Origin: Yuukianura sp. NJ FZ-2021
Taxonomy: Eukaryota
NCBI GenBank assembly: GCA_046563655.1
Contig: CM102289.1
Location: 7,068,001 to 7,132,000 of the forward strand
Length of the DNA stretch: 64,000 bases
Direction of reading: 5' to 3'
Both the position numbers and the translations under genes were made by a program. Below the pieces are notes generated by a model. It saw only the letters and a program-made list of their open reading frames with translations, was not told the DNA's origin and made no database searches. Below are positions 50,710 to 63,998 of the stretch, one piece after another (within the stretch, counting starts at the first letter, position 1; each line of letters opens with the position of its first letter).

Positions 50710-51053
50710 TCAAAATATTCCTCCCGGATTCTTGCAAATCATCACTCCGCAGCCATCGCTACAGCATTTCTGGCTCCCTGGGCAGAAATTGTCACCACGG
50801 CAATTGTGATGGTGTGGGTCATGTCGGCAAATGGACACTCCAGGAATTGGACACCTTCCTCTCTTTTCATATGGACCTGGCTGGCTATGGGGCACTGTGA
50901 CACAAAATTTTGAAATTTAATTTGAGAATGTTGAAATTGTAATAGCAATCTTAAAAATTTCAAATTTTATTTTGAAACTTTACCTGCGTTGCTCTCTTCA
51001 ACGAAGATGCAAACAAGGGCCACCAAAACAACCAAAGAAAGTACGGCCTTCAT
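50710..51053 (-). CDS. Secreted single WAP (four-disulfide core) peptide, waprin/crustin-like; exons 51053-50984, 50894-50710
   Basis: Signal peptide MKAVLSLVVLVALVCIFVEESNA spliced to VPHSQPGPYEKRGRCPIPGVSICRHDPHHHNCRGDNFCPGSQKCCSDGCGVMICKNP, which has 8 Cys in the WAP pattern (KxGxCP...CxxDxxCPGxQKCC). TATAAA on the minus strand at about 51150. Confidence 0.9.
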
Positions 51054-51496
51054 GATTTGAAATTTTTTAAACAGTTGAGTTTTGCGCTTGAGTCAAGAAA
51101 GTATTTTGCTGGAATAGAATGATTGAAAAATTTAAAATTTGCACTGAATTTATACCATTGTCCAAAAAGTGCTAATCCTTATGTCTCCTTGCCATTTTGT
51201 GACGGAGATGTGAAGATATGGAAAAGTAAACTTTGTGCTAAGTGGAAAGTAAACAGTTCTGGAGTGTGGCGTTCCGGAGTTCTTGGAAACATTTTGCAAA
51301 AGATTCCTGTGCACATGTCAGTTCTACTTAATAGTCGATTTGCTTTTAACGCGTGATCACTTTTGTTTCATAAGTTGTGCGAAAACCAAAGATGTAATTT
51401 CAGAAAATATTTGTTTAAGCAATCGCTTCTTGTTTGAACAAGATTTCTGGCTAAACTGTTTAAAGTGGGGGGAAGATGACAATGGGACAGCAACAC

Positions 51497-51550
51497 CTTA
51501 AAAGCATAACATAACTTAAAAGCATAACATAACTTAAAAGCATAACCTAA
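51497..51550. repeat. Tandem repeat, 3 x 18 bp CTTAAAAGCATAACATAA
   Basis: Two exact copies and a third with one mismatch, upstream of the WAP gene. Confidence 0.9.
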
Positions 51551-54500
51551 TCTGCGAAGCTGTTACACATGCGTCACATTCCAGAAAATACTTTGTGTAT
51601 TTAACAGGAAGTTCTCAGAATAGTCCTTGACCTCTGCCAAGGTCACTCTTATCTGAATAGCTTCATGGAAACTTTGGCAACCATTTAGCATAACCTATGT
51701 ACCCTAAGAAAACTTTATGCAATGCAACTATTCAGTAACAAGCAAAAGCAAAACAAAAGTTTTTGCAAAAAATTCTGCACTTTTTTCTGCAAAATTTTAT
51801 CTGTTGAATCTTGCAGGAAAACAGATTTCAAGTTGAAAGTTAATAAGCTGCAATAAAACGCTTTGATGCATTGAACTTTATTTTTTGCAAATAATTTATT
51901 ATAATTTGCGAGAGTTAATTTTGCTCACAAATACCGTAAAAATTTCAACAAAAGTGTCCGGAAACGGTACATGGAAATAATTTTCTAAAAAATTCTTTCT
52001 CACCAACCCGTACTCTAATGATCTCCCATTGTATTGAAAACATTCTGTATTTTTAGTGTTTTTTTATTACTGGGGTAATTGTACTTTAACTTGGTTGGAT
52101 TTTGATTGTAATCAGGTTGCCACTTTTTTAAATAATAGTTTCCCCCGAGAAGATAAATGTAGATTATCTTCTGATCTTGGTTTGGAAGGCTAATTCCGCT
52201 CTCCCACAATCTGCTATATACACGTCCAAATTGCTCATTAGCTCCAATAGCTCTCACCCAGGTAAGCACTTCTGCGCCGGTTCAGAAGATCTCTAAAATC
52301 CATCAGTCCACCAATTACCGTCCCAGTTTTTCATGTCTTTTTTTTAAATTGAAAAGACGGATGGTTTAGATGGGAACTTGATTAGGAAAGATCCGAACCG
52401 GAAGCCTCTTCACATAAACCAACTCATTATTTAAGCTTCAAAATAATTTAGAATCATTTCAATATTTTAAGCTTTCACTCGGGACAGTTCAGGGCGCCAG
52501 AAAAAAATTCAGCGCACAACTTCAAGCTAGTCGAGACCAGTTTGAAACTTTTTTTGAAATGTACGTTTCCGGTTTAAGGTGATAGAAACTCAGCCAAGCG
52601 TTTCAAAGAAAACAGAAAATGACTTTTGCAGTTGGACAGAAAAATGTAATTCCAGTGGCCAACGTCTGAATTTTTTGTGTAACATTTGGCATAAGTGTGA
52701 ATTTTTTCTGCTTTATGTTGCAATTCGACAACGAAATTTTTCAAATTGAAAGAATGCTTAGGCAAGGTGCTCCATCACCAAGTTGAATTGCAAAAGAAGG
52801 AACATTAGAAAACTTTTTTTTAACAACCCCGCGTGTAATTTGAAACATGCAACAATGTTAAATTTAAATGTCAAGGGTCCTTTTGTAATACAATTGAAAG
52901 GCTCGAGGGAAATCGTGTTTGATTGAAGAATAAAAATTAAAGATTTTCGACACCCATCCATCATCATCAGATTTACATTTATTTCCTGTTTTTTTTTTGG
53001 CTCCAAATTCAGAATCCGTTTTTTGATTTCGTATTTTAGCTCAAAGCCCTCATTTTTGTAAGGAAAGTCCAAACCCCATTTGTTTTCAAGTGTCAAAGTG
53101 CTGTTCCGGCTAAAGTTCCAGAGCGTGATCCATTTTTTTTGGCACAAATAATTAAAAGTAATAAATTTTATGTTTAAATTAGCTGGGCGTGGTTTTGTGA
53201 GAAAGTGTGAAACAAATTTTTGCTTTTACTTTGCCCGCAGATGAGGAGGTGTTGGAAACCTATTTTTTTTAAATATTAAAAAACTTTGAAAACTGTAGCA
53301 CGAAGTCTTCCTCTTTACTTTTGATTTATTCGTTGTTTCCTTCCTCATCGGCGACTGTGCAAAGGGAAGTTTCAAAAACCTTCATGTTATTCTTTATTCA
53401 CAAAAAACATGAATAACGTTTTGAAAAAAACTAAAAAATTTCAACGGGGCGGACCGTACACCTAATAAATCCAAATGCAAATTCAGTTCAAACTGTAAAA
53501 AAATCATGAAGCAATTTCAGATGACAAACGTGGGAACAGGCGCAAGACTTTGAAAAGTAAGATAAAATGTTGTTTTCCAAAACAAAACAAATTCGACATT
53601 GCGAATTCACCAAAGTTTCATAAGTAAAAAGAAAATTTTTTAAAGTTTTCTTTGGGTGTAGTCGTTTTGAAGAATTTTCATAAAGTAAATGATTGTTTGA
53701 GTTGCTGAGGTTTTGGCTTACACATAAAGTACCTCTGTCACCTTAACTTATAACTTTTTCTTAAAAAAAATTTCATAAAACCTAGTAAATCAATTCAATT
53801 TTTGAGAGTGATTTATTTTTAGACTTGACGTCAAATGAAAATGGATCGGTGTACAAGAAAAAACTTTTTGGTTGTATGCACGGACGTTGATTTACGTCTG
53901 CGCAAATGGATGACAAATCGTTTCCACTAACGCTACAATTTTCAACGAATTTGAACCCTGTTTCAAAATCCTATTTTTCAAGGTGTTTGTTCTCTTTTCG
54001 TGAAGGAATTCCAACTTGTCAAAGTTTCTCACTTTTTACCATAGAAGGTGTAAACTAACAAGCTACTGCAAAACTTCTTTTAGTTTCACACTAACAAGTT
54101 AGCATGTCGTTATAAACTCAACTGATCAGAACATTTTCATTTGTCTCTCAAATATCGAATTCTCTTTTTCTCCAATTTGAGATTGGATCTGACAGGCGTT
54201 TCGTATTTATTCGGAAGATGGAAAATTAAGTAGTCCATTTACTCAACACTTGTAACAAAACAAAAGTTAACAAGTTAAGATGTTCTTTCTCAAACTGTCA
54301 CTTTGTTCAGAAAAAACTTTGAAAAAATTTAGCATAATTTTGTAATTGAACGAACATGTTTTCACTACTGTTGGCTGTTTGGGACAGTTTGAACAAGGGA
54401 GGAGACTTAAAATGAAGCATTTCAAGTGATAAGTAACTTTTCAATTGGAAATTGAAGGGCTCTTTTAAATTTCTGGATGAAAATGAATGGACTGCTTTAA

Positions 54501-57500
54501 AAGGACGGATCGAGCCCTTAGCACCTAACAACACCTTCCATTTAATTAGGGTTCCTCCTGTGGAAATTCTGGACGAACAAACTGGTTTGGTCGGTTTGTC
54601 CAACGGAACACCACCCTTAGCTGTTAAACCTGGAACATTCTCAAAAAAAAAACGAACGCATCTTCTAAACTAAAAATGTTGGATGCACTTTGAAACCTCC
54701 AGCAGTAGGAGCATTAACAAGCTCAATTTTAATGATCTCACCTCAAATTAATAGGTTTACATCTTGGGTTTCTTAAAGTTTTGTTCTAATGCCAATAGCC
54801 TAACGATGCGGGCGGGAACATTTGAAAACCGTAAAATAAATATTCAGAAACCAGTCAAAGGAAATCAATCAACTTTATAAAACGTTCATTCTTAAGGATA
54901 TTTTTTTGATTAATGTACTAAAACACCATCAAGAAATTTCAACATCGTAAACTAAAAAATTCATCGTAAAACAGCATTTGAACTTTTTCGAGTAACACAG
55001 TAGCATTTTAAAAGCGCGCCAATTTACACCAAGAATGCGAATTGCAAAGGAGTATAATAAAAATTCGTCGTAATAAAAGTAAAAGTAAAAATTTCTACCC
55101 AAGACATTAAAAATTTGCGCCGCGCCAAGAATGCCGCCAAATTTTAATAAGCTTCGACCGAAATTGCTGTAGAAGTTGAATTTCGAGATTACAAAGTCCC
55201 AAATTGTGTTTGTCTTTTTGTTTTTATGTTGTTTTCAAAAACAAAATTTCTTGGACTGGAAACCGTTTTGTTGTTGTTGTTTTTTGTAGTCAGACGATTG
55301 ATGTAAGTTAGAGGCTCATTTAGAAAAAAAATCTCGTGAAAAGTCGTTTGCTTCTGTCGCGTGTCGCTTTTTCGGGTGAAATTGAAAAAACTTCGGAGTC
55401 TGTTGGAGGAAGATTAAAGATGAGCTGCGCGTGAGCATATGATCTGGAAACTGTTTTCTGGATTTCAGATGATGCAAGATTTGTTTCCACAGAGGCAGGA
55501 GCATACTCCCTTAATGGTATTACAGTTTACAACTGAAGTGTGAGACAGGGGAAGGACAGAAGCGTCGTCAATCATTCCGACTTTTGGTTCAGTGAAGAAG
55601 TTAGCGCCGGGCGCTTGATGACCTTTAGCCTCCAAACGCTCCCTAACCTAACCAAGTCCAAGAAGTCAATGAGGGAGGGTTGACAAGGGAGCGGCGCTTG
55701 GACGGTGAGCCGCCACTTTTCAAAAATCCTTTAAAAAAAAGTTTGGAGCCCTTTGTGCTTAAAAGTTAAGCTTTTGACTCTAACTTTTTCTGGCTGTCCT
55801 CTGTGACCTGTTACTTGGAGATAATGCGCTTTCTAATCTCCTGCACTGTGTTGGGATTGTGAAAGTCTCGGAGAAAGCAAGCCCCCCTCTGCCAAAATGA
55901 ATCTCCATCAGATCCAAAGAGCTTGAAGCAAAGCGCAGCTCCCCTTGAAAAGAACCGTGATTCAGGTTAGGTTTGCGTTAGGTTTACGAAAGGAAAGTTA
56001 GGCTGGTTAGGCTAGACTGGGGGTAGAGTAAGTGTCGTAAGAGGAAATAGGAAATTGAAGGAAATAAAACGGGAAATCAGTAGAAAACGGAGATTAAATT
56101 TTCTCGTCGAGTCGGAGAGACCACGATTCGATAAAAGTTTTTCGATTATTTCTCTGCTTTGCTTCCTTGACTTTCTCTTTTTGTTACTTTTCAAACTAAA
56201 CTAACTCCAGTTATAAAAAAAATTCAAAAAAATTATTGAATATAAGTATTTAAAAAAGTAAAAATTGATGAAAAGCAAGCATTTTATACTTTTGAAAGCT
56301 CTTTTTATTTCTTGCGTAGGTTTTGACGTTGAAGTCACCGGAAACTGTGTTCTGATTTCAAAAATTTTCCAAAAGATTTTAGAATTTTTTTGTACGGCAT
56401 TTACAAAATCGTTTTTTTCGTGTTTCAAAATTTTGTTTTACTATGCACCAACTTGAATACAGCGGCATGAATGTAATAAAGTGAGGAAGATGGTTAGGTT
56501 CGGCTTGAGGGAAATTGTGAAAGTAGGCGTTAGGTTTTCTATTCTTTGGGAAAGTGAAGTTCTCATCTAAGAAAGGAAGGGAGATAAGACATGATAAATG
56601 ACTTTCCATCTTCCCTAGGCCTTTCTCATTTTCTCTTCCGCGTTTTCCAAGTACCGAACTTCCAGAAGAGGATCCAAAGGCTCCAAGTCTAGTTTAGGCC
56701 AGCTTTTTCCCTCTTCCGAGACAAGGAAATGAAGGGAAGAGCTGGAATTGAACTGCAGTTTCTCCTTGGTCCTGATTTTCCAATTCTGGATTCAAGAGAA
56801 AGCTCTGCCTCTCTCCCTATGTCATAAAATAAGAAAAGATCTTTCGGAGGATAAAAGTTTTCCGAAATCGGTTGAGGAGGGAAAGATGTAGAAGGTTTAT
56901 TGAAGGGGAGGAGAAAAGCAGATGGAAATGAGACCACAAAGTACCCCCCGCCCCTTGAGGGATACTTGCAGTACCCTGCAGGACTCAATGAACTATTAAT
57001 TTATTACGTCATGGTCCCTTGGACACGGTCCCTTTGTGTCCCCACCTCTCCCGTTTCAAAACAGTTTCTACTGTTGGTTTTCTGGATTTCCAAGTTGTCC
57101 CAAGAGACACACTTTGAGACTGGTGTGATAAGGAACGGAGATCCAAAAATCGAAAATCGTTTGGACGTTATGCACGGTTTTTGTGGAGGGAAAGTTCAAT
57201 CCAAGCGGAAAGAAAGAGAAAAGTGTCCACGCGGGAATTGTATTTAAGCTTAAATTTATTTGAGTCAATTTGCATTTTTCTTTTTTCCTCGAATTTTGTA
57301 TTTTTTTTAAATTTGTCGAAATCTGTCCAATTCTGTTTTAAATAAAATGTAACTAAACTTTGCCCAATTTTAGTAGTTTAGTGAAAACGCAATTTGCGTC
57401 AGTTTTCAAATAATTTAATCACATTGCAAACTCTGACACATGGCCACACGTTTTCAGTGTGCTCAGGTACTTGAACTTTCAGCTTGTCATCACTGCTCCA

Positions 57501-58184
57501 ATTCTAGGAATTTAACAATGATTTTGTTTTTGTAAAATTCTAAACAAACCTCTCGACATTTTCGATAGCGATCGTTGGTTAGAACTACGAATTGGGAAAA
57601 GCGTCAGCTGGCTCCACTTTGCATTTAAACAAAATTGACGTTTATGGCGAACTTGTGAAAAAATGTCGTTTGAACACAAATTGTGAGATTCAAAGTTGGC
57701 GCAGGCATGTGAGAAAAATAACGCAAAGCATACGACACTAAAGTTTCCTTCTACGAAATATTCACTGAAACTGGCACTTTGCGTCAAAAGTGTTGTTGAA
57801 TTCAAATGTCAAGTGGGTCTAAAAATATTTTGCATTTTCAAGTTTCATCTAGACAAATTTGTTTTCAGAGAATTGTAGTACAAATGACCTTAGGCTTGGG
57901 AGTTAACTCCAAGGTCAAACTTCACTAGTCAAAATTTATGAGGTCATTATTTTTAGAATTAGTTTAAACTAACATTTAACTAATTGGATGGGTTTTGAAC
58001 ATAGGAACATGCTAAAACAAATTTTGTGCAAAATTTTCATCTAGAAAAAATGTGGTAATCTAAGTGGATTAAAAGTGATATTAAAATGAGGAGATAATTC
58101 AGCTAAAATATACTTTTATAAAAACGGATTTGGCAAACGGTGGATTCTTTTCGTCACTCTTCGAACACATAGCGAAGTCTAACA

Positions 58185-60535
58185 ATGTTAACACTAAAAA
58201 GTATCGGCTTGTTTGTCGTGGTTTTGGTAGCCATCGGTGTCACTGGCTCTACAGCTCAAGCAACAGGTTATCAGATTGATTTCAATTTGAATAATTATTT
58301 ATTCTTTACTATATTTCAATACTAAATTTAGCTGTTTTTGTATTAAAATTTTGTTAATTCAGACAAAAAAGTGGTGTGTTACTTCGGAGCATGGGCCACC
58401 TACCGGCATGCAGATGGATTCTTTGATGTTGAGAGCATTGACCCAATGATGTGTACGCATGTCATATACGGTTTTGCTGGCCTACTTGCAGAAAACAACT
58501 CCATTATATCATTGGATCCTAGCAATGACCTTGAGGAAAACTGGGGAAAAGGTAAAATTTGGAAACATTTTTTAAAATGAAAAGGAAATGTTTTGATTTT
58601 GGCACTTTTTGTCATTTTAGGTGCCTATCGGCGTTTCACAAATCTGAAACTTATAAATCCGAATCTGAAAACACTTTTGGCAATCGGCGGATGGAATGAA
58701 GGATCCTTAAATTATTCCCTAGTAAGATTGATTGAAACAAAAACACAATTTTATTCCATGACAAACTGAGCGTTCAAGTTTTAAATTTTAGTTAACGTTA
58801 TCAAATCTTGTTAGATGGCTTCAACTTATGAAAGACGAAGGGAATTCATCGATAGCGTCATTCCCTTCTTACAAGAGCATGGATTCGATGGTTTGGATTT
58901 GGATTGGTAAGAAACTGTTGTAAAAATTTGTGTTGAGTTATAAAATTTAAAAAGTTAAAAAAATTAATTTGAATTTACTTGGCTTAATTTTAAACTAAAT
59001 TTTTTGGCTTGTTTAGGGAGTACCCAACAGAACGAGGAGGAGCTCCAGAAGACAAAGCAAATTTTGCTTTGCTTTGCGCTGAAATGCGAGCGGAGTTTGA
59101 CAAATACGGATACTTAATTACTGCTGCCGTGTCGGCAGGAAAGTTCACAATTGAAGCTGCTTGTACGTTAATCATACAAAAAAAAATTCTCGAAATGCAT
59201 TTTCTAATGTTAATGATCTTTTGAATTATTATAGATGATGTTCCAAGTGTTGCACAGTAAGCGCATATAAACTTTGTAACACTGTAATACATGTGTTGGC
59301 TTTTGGCTAAAAATCAATCTGACCGATTTTTTTTTAATTTTAGGAGCCTCCACTTCATTAATGTGATGTCATATGACTTCCGAGGTGCATGGGAAAACCA
59401 CCCATACACTGGTACAAATTTTTAAAATTGAAAATTTGGAACATTTTGTTGAATTTTTTTTCTTGAACTCCTCTTAGGTCATCATGCTGCCTTTCAAGCG
59501 ATGGAAATTGATGTTGGAAACGATTCTTACTTGAACGTGGTAGGCATTATGTAGCCAAAATTTGAAAAACTTGGTTCATAAATTCACAAAAAATTCTATT
59601 TTGCTAGAAATACGGTATGGAATTCTGGCGCGATAGCGGTGCGCCAGCGGAAAAGCTGATCATGGGAATGCCAACGTATGGAAGAGGATTTGTTTTGGCT
59701 GATCCAACCAACACCGGTTTCTATTCCCCAGCTTACCAAGCAATTTCAGCGGGCCCATACACCGGAGAGGTAGAAAAAACTCTTTACAAATCTTAGATAT
59801 TTTAATTTGAAACCAATGTTATTTGGTATTTGTAATTTACAGTCTGGATATTGGGGTTACAACGAAATTTGTGAAAAGTTGCTAGAAGGTGGTTGGACAT
59901 CGGAGTGGAACGAGGACGTAGTTGGGCCGTATTCGTACCGAGGAAGTGATTGGATTGGCTACGACGACGAAGCCGCAATTCGATTCAAATCGGAGTGGGT
60001 TGCCGCCAATGGATTTGGTGGTGCAATGTTCTGGTCTCTCGAGACTGACGAGTTTCAAGGAAAGTGTGGCGAGAAAAACATTTTGATCAAAACAGCATAC
60101 CGAACACTTATTGGTGAACCGGAACCACTACCAACGACAACAGTCGATCCAAATGCTCCGGTAGATGAAACAGTTGAATTGAAAAAATGAAGGAAAATTC
60201 ATTGGATTTTTAGCTTCATTTATTGAATGTTTGCAATTAGACAACTGCACCACCACCTCCACTTCCAGACGACAGCGTTTGCCAAGAAGATGGTCAATTT
60301 GTAGGAGAACAATGCGATTCCTACTTCTACGTTTGTGTTAGAACTGGAAATCCAGAGGACGAATGGGACTTGACTCAGCACTACTGCGAACCTCCACTAT
60401 ACTACGATCCATCTGTCACAAATTGGTAAAATACATTTCATAAACTCAATACTTTATATATAACATATGAATGTAAAATATATTAACAAATTTTTTAGCA
60501 ACTGGGGAGATGCGATGGGTTGCTTTCTTCACTAA
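58185..60535 (+). CDS. GH18 chitinase with signal peptide, Pro/Thr linker and C-terminal CBM14 (copy 1, 12 exons)
   Basis: [37 protein letters not shown], catalytic [11 protein letters not shown] (split by an intron), [17 protein letters not shown]. 6-Cys CBM14 ending [17 protein letters not shown] at about 58117. Confidence 0.95.
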
Positions 60536-61138
60536 TCGCAAAGAAGACTCAAACTTCCCATGCACCTGAAGGATATTACAAAACTGTTCAGAAAAACAAA
60601 GAACATTTATGTAAAAAGAATTATTTTCCAAATGGAAGCAAAATAAATATTTGAAAACTTTAAATCATCTAACAGTAACCTTTCTCTTTATAAATTTTTG
60701 ATAAATTGGTAAAACAGTTGGAAAAAAAGTAATAAAAACTAATTGAAGTACACAACGCTTTGCATGCACTAATTCTTGAACAAACATACTCGACATTTCT
60801 ACGCTACCTGACTTTTCAGATACGTATCGATTTGACATTCCTGTGATTTTGACATGTCAAGGTCACTCCACATGCGCCTTACTTAACTGCGGCGAGGATG
60901 CCCTGGATAACACGCAGCGTATTAGATTACATGTATCAAAGGTGAAGTAATCAGTTGTAGATTGTCCTAGGTGTCAAATTTCACACTATGCGAAGACTAG
61001 TTATCAAAACAAATTTAATGAACTGATAAAATGTTATTGATGAGTTAGCGAAGGATGGACAGATAAGTATAAATAGTGGGTGATCGCTTTGGTTCTTTCG
61101 GTTTTCATAAGTTGCTTCCTCATTTGTGCAATATAGCA

Positions 61139-63532
61139 ATGGCTAATTTAAAAATTTTGGTTGTCCTTGCAATTTTTGGAGCCATTAGTACCGTAAGCTC
61201 TGCTCCAACAAATGAAAGTAAGCATAAACAAAATTTGATTACTAAATACAAAACGTTTCAAATTTGTAAAATAAGTTATATAATGTAACAATTCTCACTG
61301 GACAATTTTAGACAACAAAGTTGTTTGCTACTTTGGTTCTTGGGCCACGTACCGATATGGCGATGGGCACTTCGATGTTGAGGACATTGACCCCATGATG
61401 TGCACCCATCTCATGTACGGATTTGCTGGACTTGGACACGACTTCAAAATCAGGTCACTTGACCCCTACAATGACCTTGAAGAAAATTGGGGCAAAGGTA
61501 ACACTTCTTCTGCAAAACTTCGGACAAATTTCATGCCAATTCCTACCAAATCTTTAAAAATTTCATTTTCAAAAGGTGCCTTCAAAAGATTTACAAATTT
61601 GAAGCTGAGGAACCCCAACCTCAAAACACTTCTGGCCATTGGAGGTTGGAACGAAGGCTCCGAGAAATACTCCAACGTAATTTTTACGCAAACATGATTA
61701 CTAAATTTTTAAATTTGGAGTAGCACACTTGTCCTTGATGTTAATCCCGTTGATGATTAATTTGCAGATGGCTTTAACATACGAAGGACGACGGACCTTC
61801 ATTGACAGCGTAATTCCGTTCTTACAACAACATGGATTTGATGGACTTGATCTCGATTGGTATTTCAAGATTAAACACTTTGAAGTTAATCTACTTGACC
61901 TCTGTGTAACCTTGTTTACCCACTCACACTTCAGATTAGTGTACTATGAAATTAAAACGGAAATGTTTTCAGGGAGTACCCAACTCAAAGAGGCGGAGTT
62001 CCGGAAGACAAAGAGAATTTTTCACTTCTTTGTGCCGAAATGAGAGCAGAATTTGACAAATACGGATTTCTGCTCACGTCGGCTGTGTCCGCTGGACAGT
62101 ACACTATTGAAGAAGCATGTAATTTATATATAAATCTAAAATTCAAATTTTTTTAAGAAACCTGAAAATATTTTTTAATTCTGAACAGATGATATTCCAA
62201 GTATTGCCGAGTAAGTTTTTATTCCGGAACTGAAATGATTATAAACATATACTGAAATAAACTCAAAATTTCACTAATGCATAAAAACCTAAAAATTTTA
62301 GGAGCCTGCACTTTATCAATGTGATGGCTTATGATTTCCGTGGTGCTTGGGAACATCATCCATATACTGGTAGGTGAATCTCAAAAATTCAAATTGTACA
62401 TCAAATTTTGAGCACTATTTGATGCATTAGGTCATCATGCTGCCTTCCAGGCAATGGAAATCGACGTCGGAAATGATTCTCTGCTGAATGTCGTGCGTAA
62501 AACACTTCGATTTTTGAAAAATATGATTTGATATTTTAAAATATACATCAAATATTCTTTTAATTGATTTTATTTGTAATTCCAGAAACACGGAATGGAA
62601 TTTTGGCGAGACAATGGTGCGCCAGCGCACAAATTGATCATGGGTTTGCCGACCTACGGACGTGGATGGGTTCTTCAGGATTCAACCAACACTGGCTTCT
62701 ACTCACCGTCCACTCAGGGAATTCCTGCAGGTCCATACACTCGTGAGGTAAACAAATGAATAATTCTTAGCGATTATCTAGCCATTTTGAAGAAAATCGC
62801 AATTCAAATTTTGTTTTTGTTTTTTAAAGAAAGGATTCTGGGGATACAACGAAATTTGCGAGGAATTGAACAAGGGTGGTTGGACTTCGGAGTGGAATGA
62901 AGACGTAGTTGGTCCATATTCGTACAAAGACAATCTGTGGATTGGCTATGACGATGAAAACGCAATTGCATTCAAGTCTCAATGGGTAGCTGAAAATGGT
63001 TTTGGTGGAGCCATGTTCTGGTCACTGGAAACTGACGACTTTAAAGGAAAATGCGGCGAAACGAGTGCACTCATCAAAACTGCTTACAGAACACTCAATG
63101 GTGAAATTGAACCAGAACCAACAACTACCGTAGATCCAGATATCACCGTAAGCTCAAACTGAAAGGAAGCAATTTTGAATGTTTTTCGAAATTTAACAAA
63201 AAAATCTCTGTGTTTTTTTGAAAAGACGGTCCCAACAACTGAGCCTCCACCAACATCTCCTCCACCTGACGATGGAAATTGTTACTATAATGGACAACAC
63301 ATTGCAGATACATGTGATTCCGTCTTCTATGTTTGCGTTTGGCGAGGAGAATACTATGACCTAGTGGCATATAATTGCGAACATCCCTTGTACTATGACG
63401 AAGCAATTCAAAATTGGTAAAAATTTTAACAAAAACAAAATGCTACGTCTAAACTTCAAACCTCTTATCCTAATTTGTATTGTATTGCTTTGGTTTTTCA
63501 GCAACTGGGGAGATATCATTGGATGCTTCTAA
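61139..63532 (+). CDS. GH18 chitinase with signal peptide, Pro/Thr linker and C-terminal CBM14 (copy 2, 12 exons), tandem paralog
   Basis: Same motifs and intron positions as copy 1 ([41 protein letters not shown]). TATAAA at 61068-61073. Confidence 0.95.
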
Positions 63533-63821
63533 TCGTCGATCCCACTTAAAAGCTCTGTCGTTACCGTCGTATCATGGTTATCATTGATTCATCTTGTTCA
63601 AGAAATTTTTTAATTATGCAAATTATCGTCCAAACGGGTAACTTCGGTTTCAATTTCTAGCTGCGAGTTATGTAGACTCCTACCGCGCATGCGCAAACTA
63701 CTGTGTTAATGTAGTAAAAACTGATATTACATTTGTTCATGTCTCCAATTAAATTTTATTTGTCGAAACAAATTTTGAAATCCAATTAGCATCAATTATT
63801 ACTGCAGCATTTTGAAAATGC

Positions 63822-63998
63822 TTAAGACCATGCTGAACAGGCTCCATCACTGTCTGGTGGGCTTGCAATGTTGAGGCATTGAAGAACCTGCTTGTAGTGG
63901 TTGAATCTAAGAATTCTGTTCTCTCCATGAGAACCACCGTCACACTCCAGTGCTCCGTTGATTGCTTTCAGTGTTTTTCCAAAAGTGGAAGACACTGC
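63822..63998 (-). CDS. C-terminal fragment of a GH19 family chitinase (gene runs off the window)
   Basis: A minus-strand frame absent from the ORF track reads AVSSTFGKTLKAINGALECDGGSHGENRILRFNHYKQVLQCLNIASPPDSDGACSAWS*. This matches the GH19 C-terminal pattern FGxTxxAINGxLECxG...R..Y....L.....C. AATAAA on the minus strand at 63755-63760. Confidence 0.8.
   Translation of the reverse strand, partial: AVSSTFGKTLKAINGALECDGGSHGENRILRFNHYKQVLQCLNIASPPDSDGACSAWS

Noticed and set aside
52015..57878. ORFs at 52758-53147, 54452-54673 and 56900-57247
   Set aside because: No recognisable domain or splice-supported model; a small gene cannot be fully excluded without RNA-seq.
63749..63943. ORF-track 64-aa minus-strand ORF
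   Set aside because: Wrong frame; the overlapping frame ending at 63822 carries the GH19 motif.
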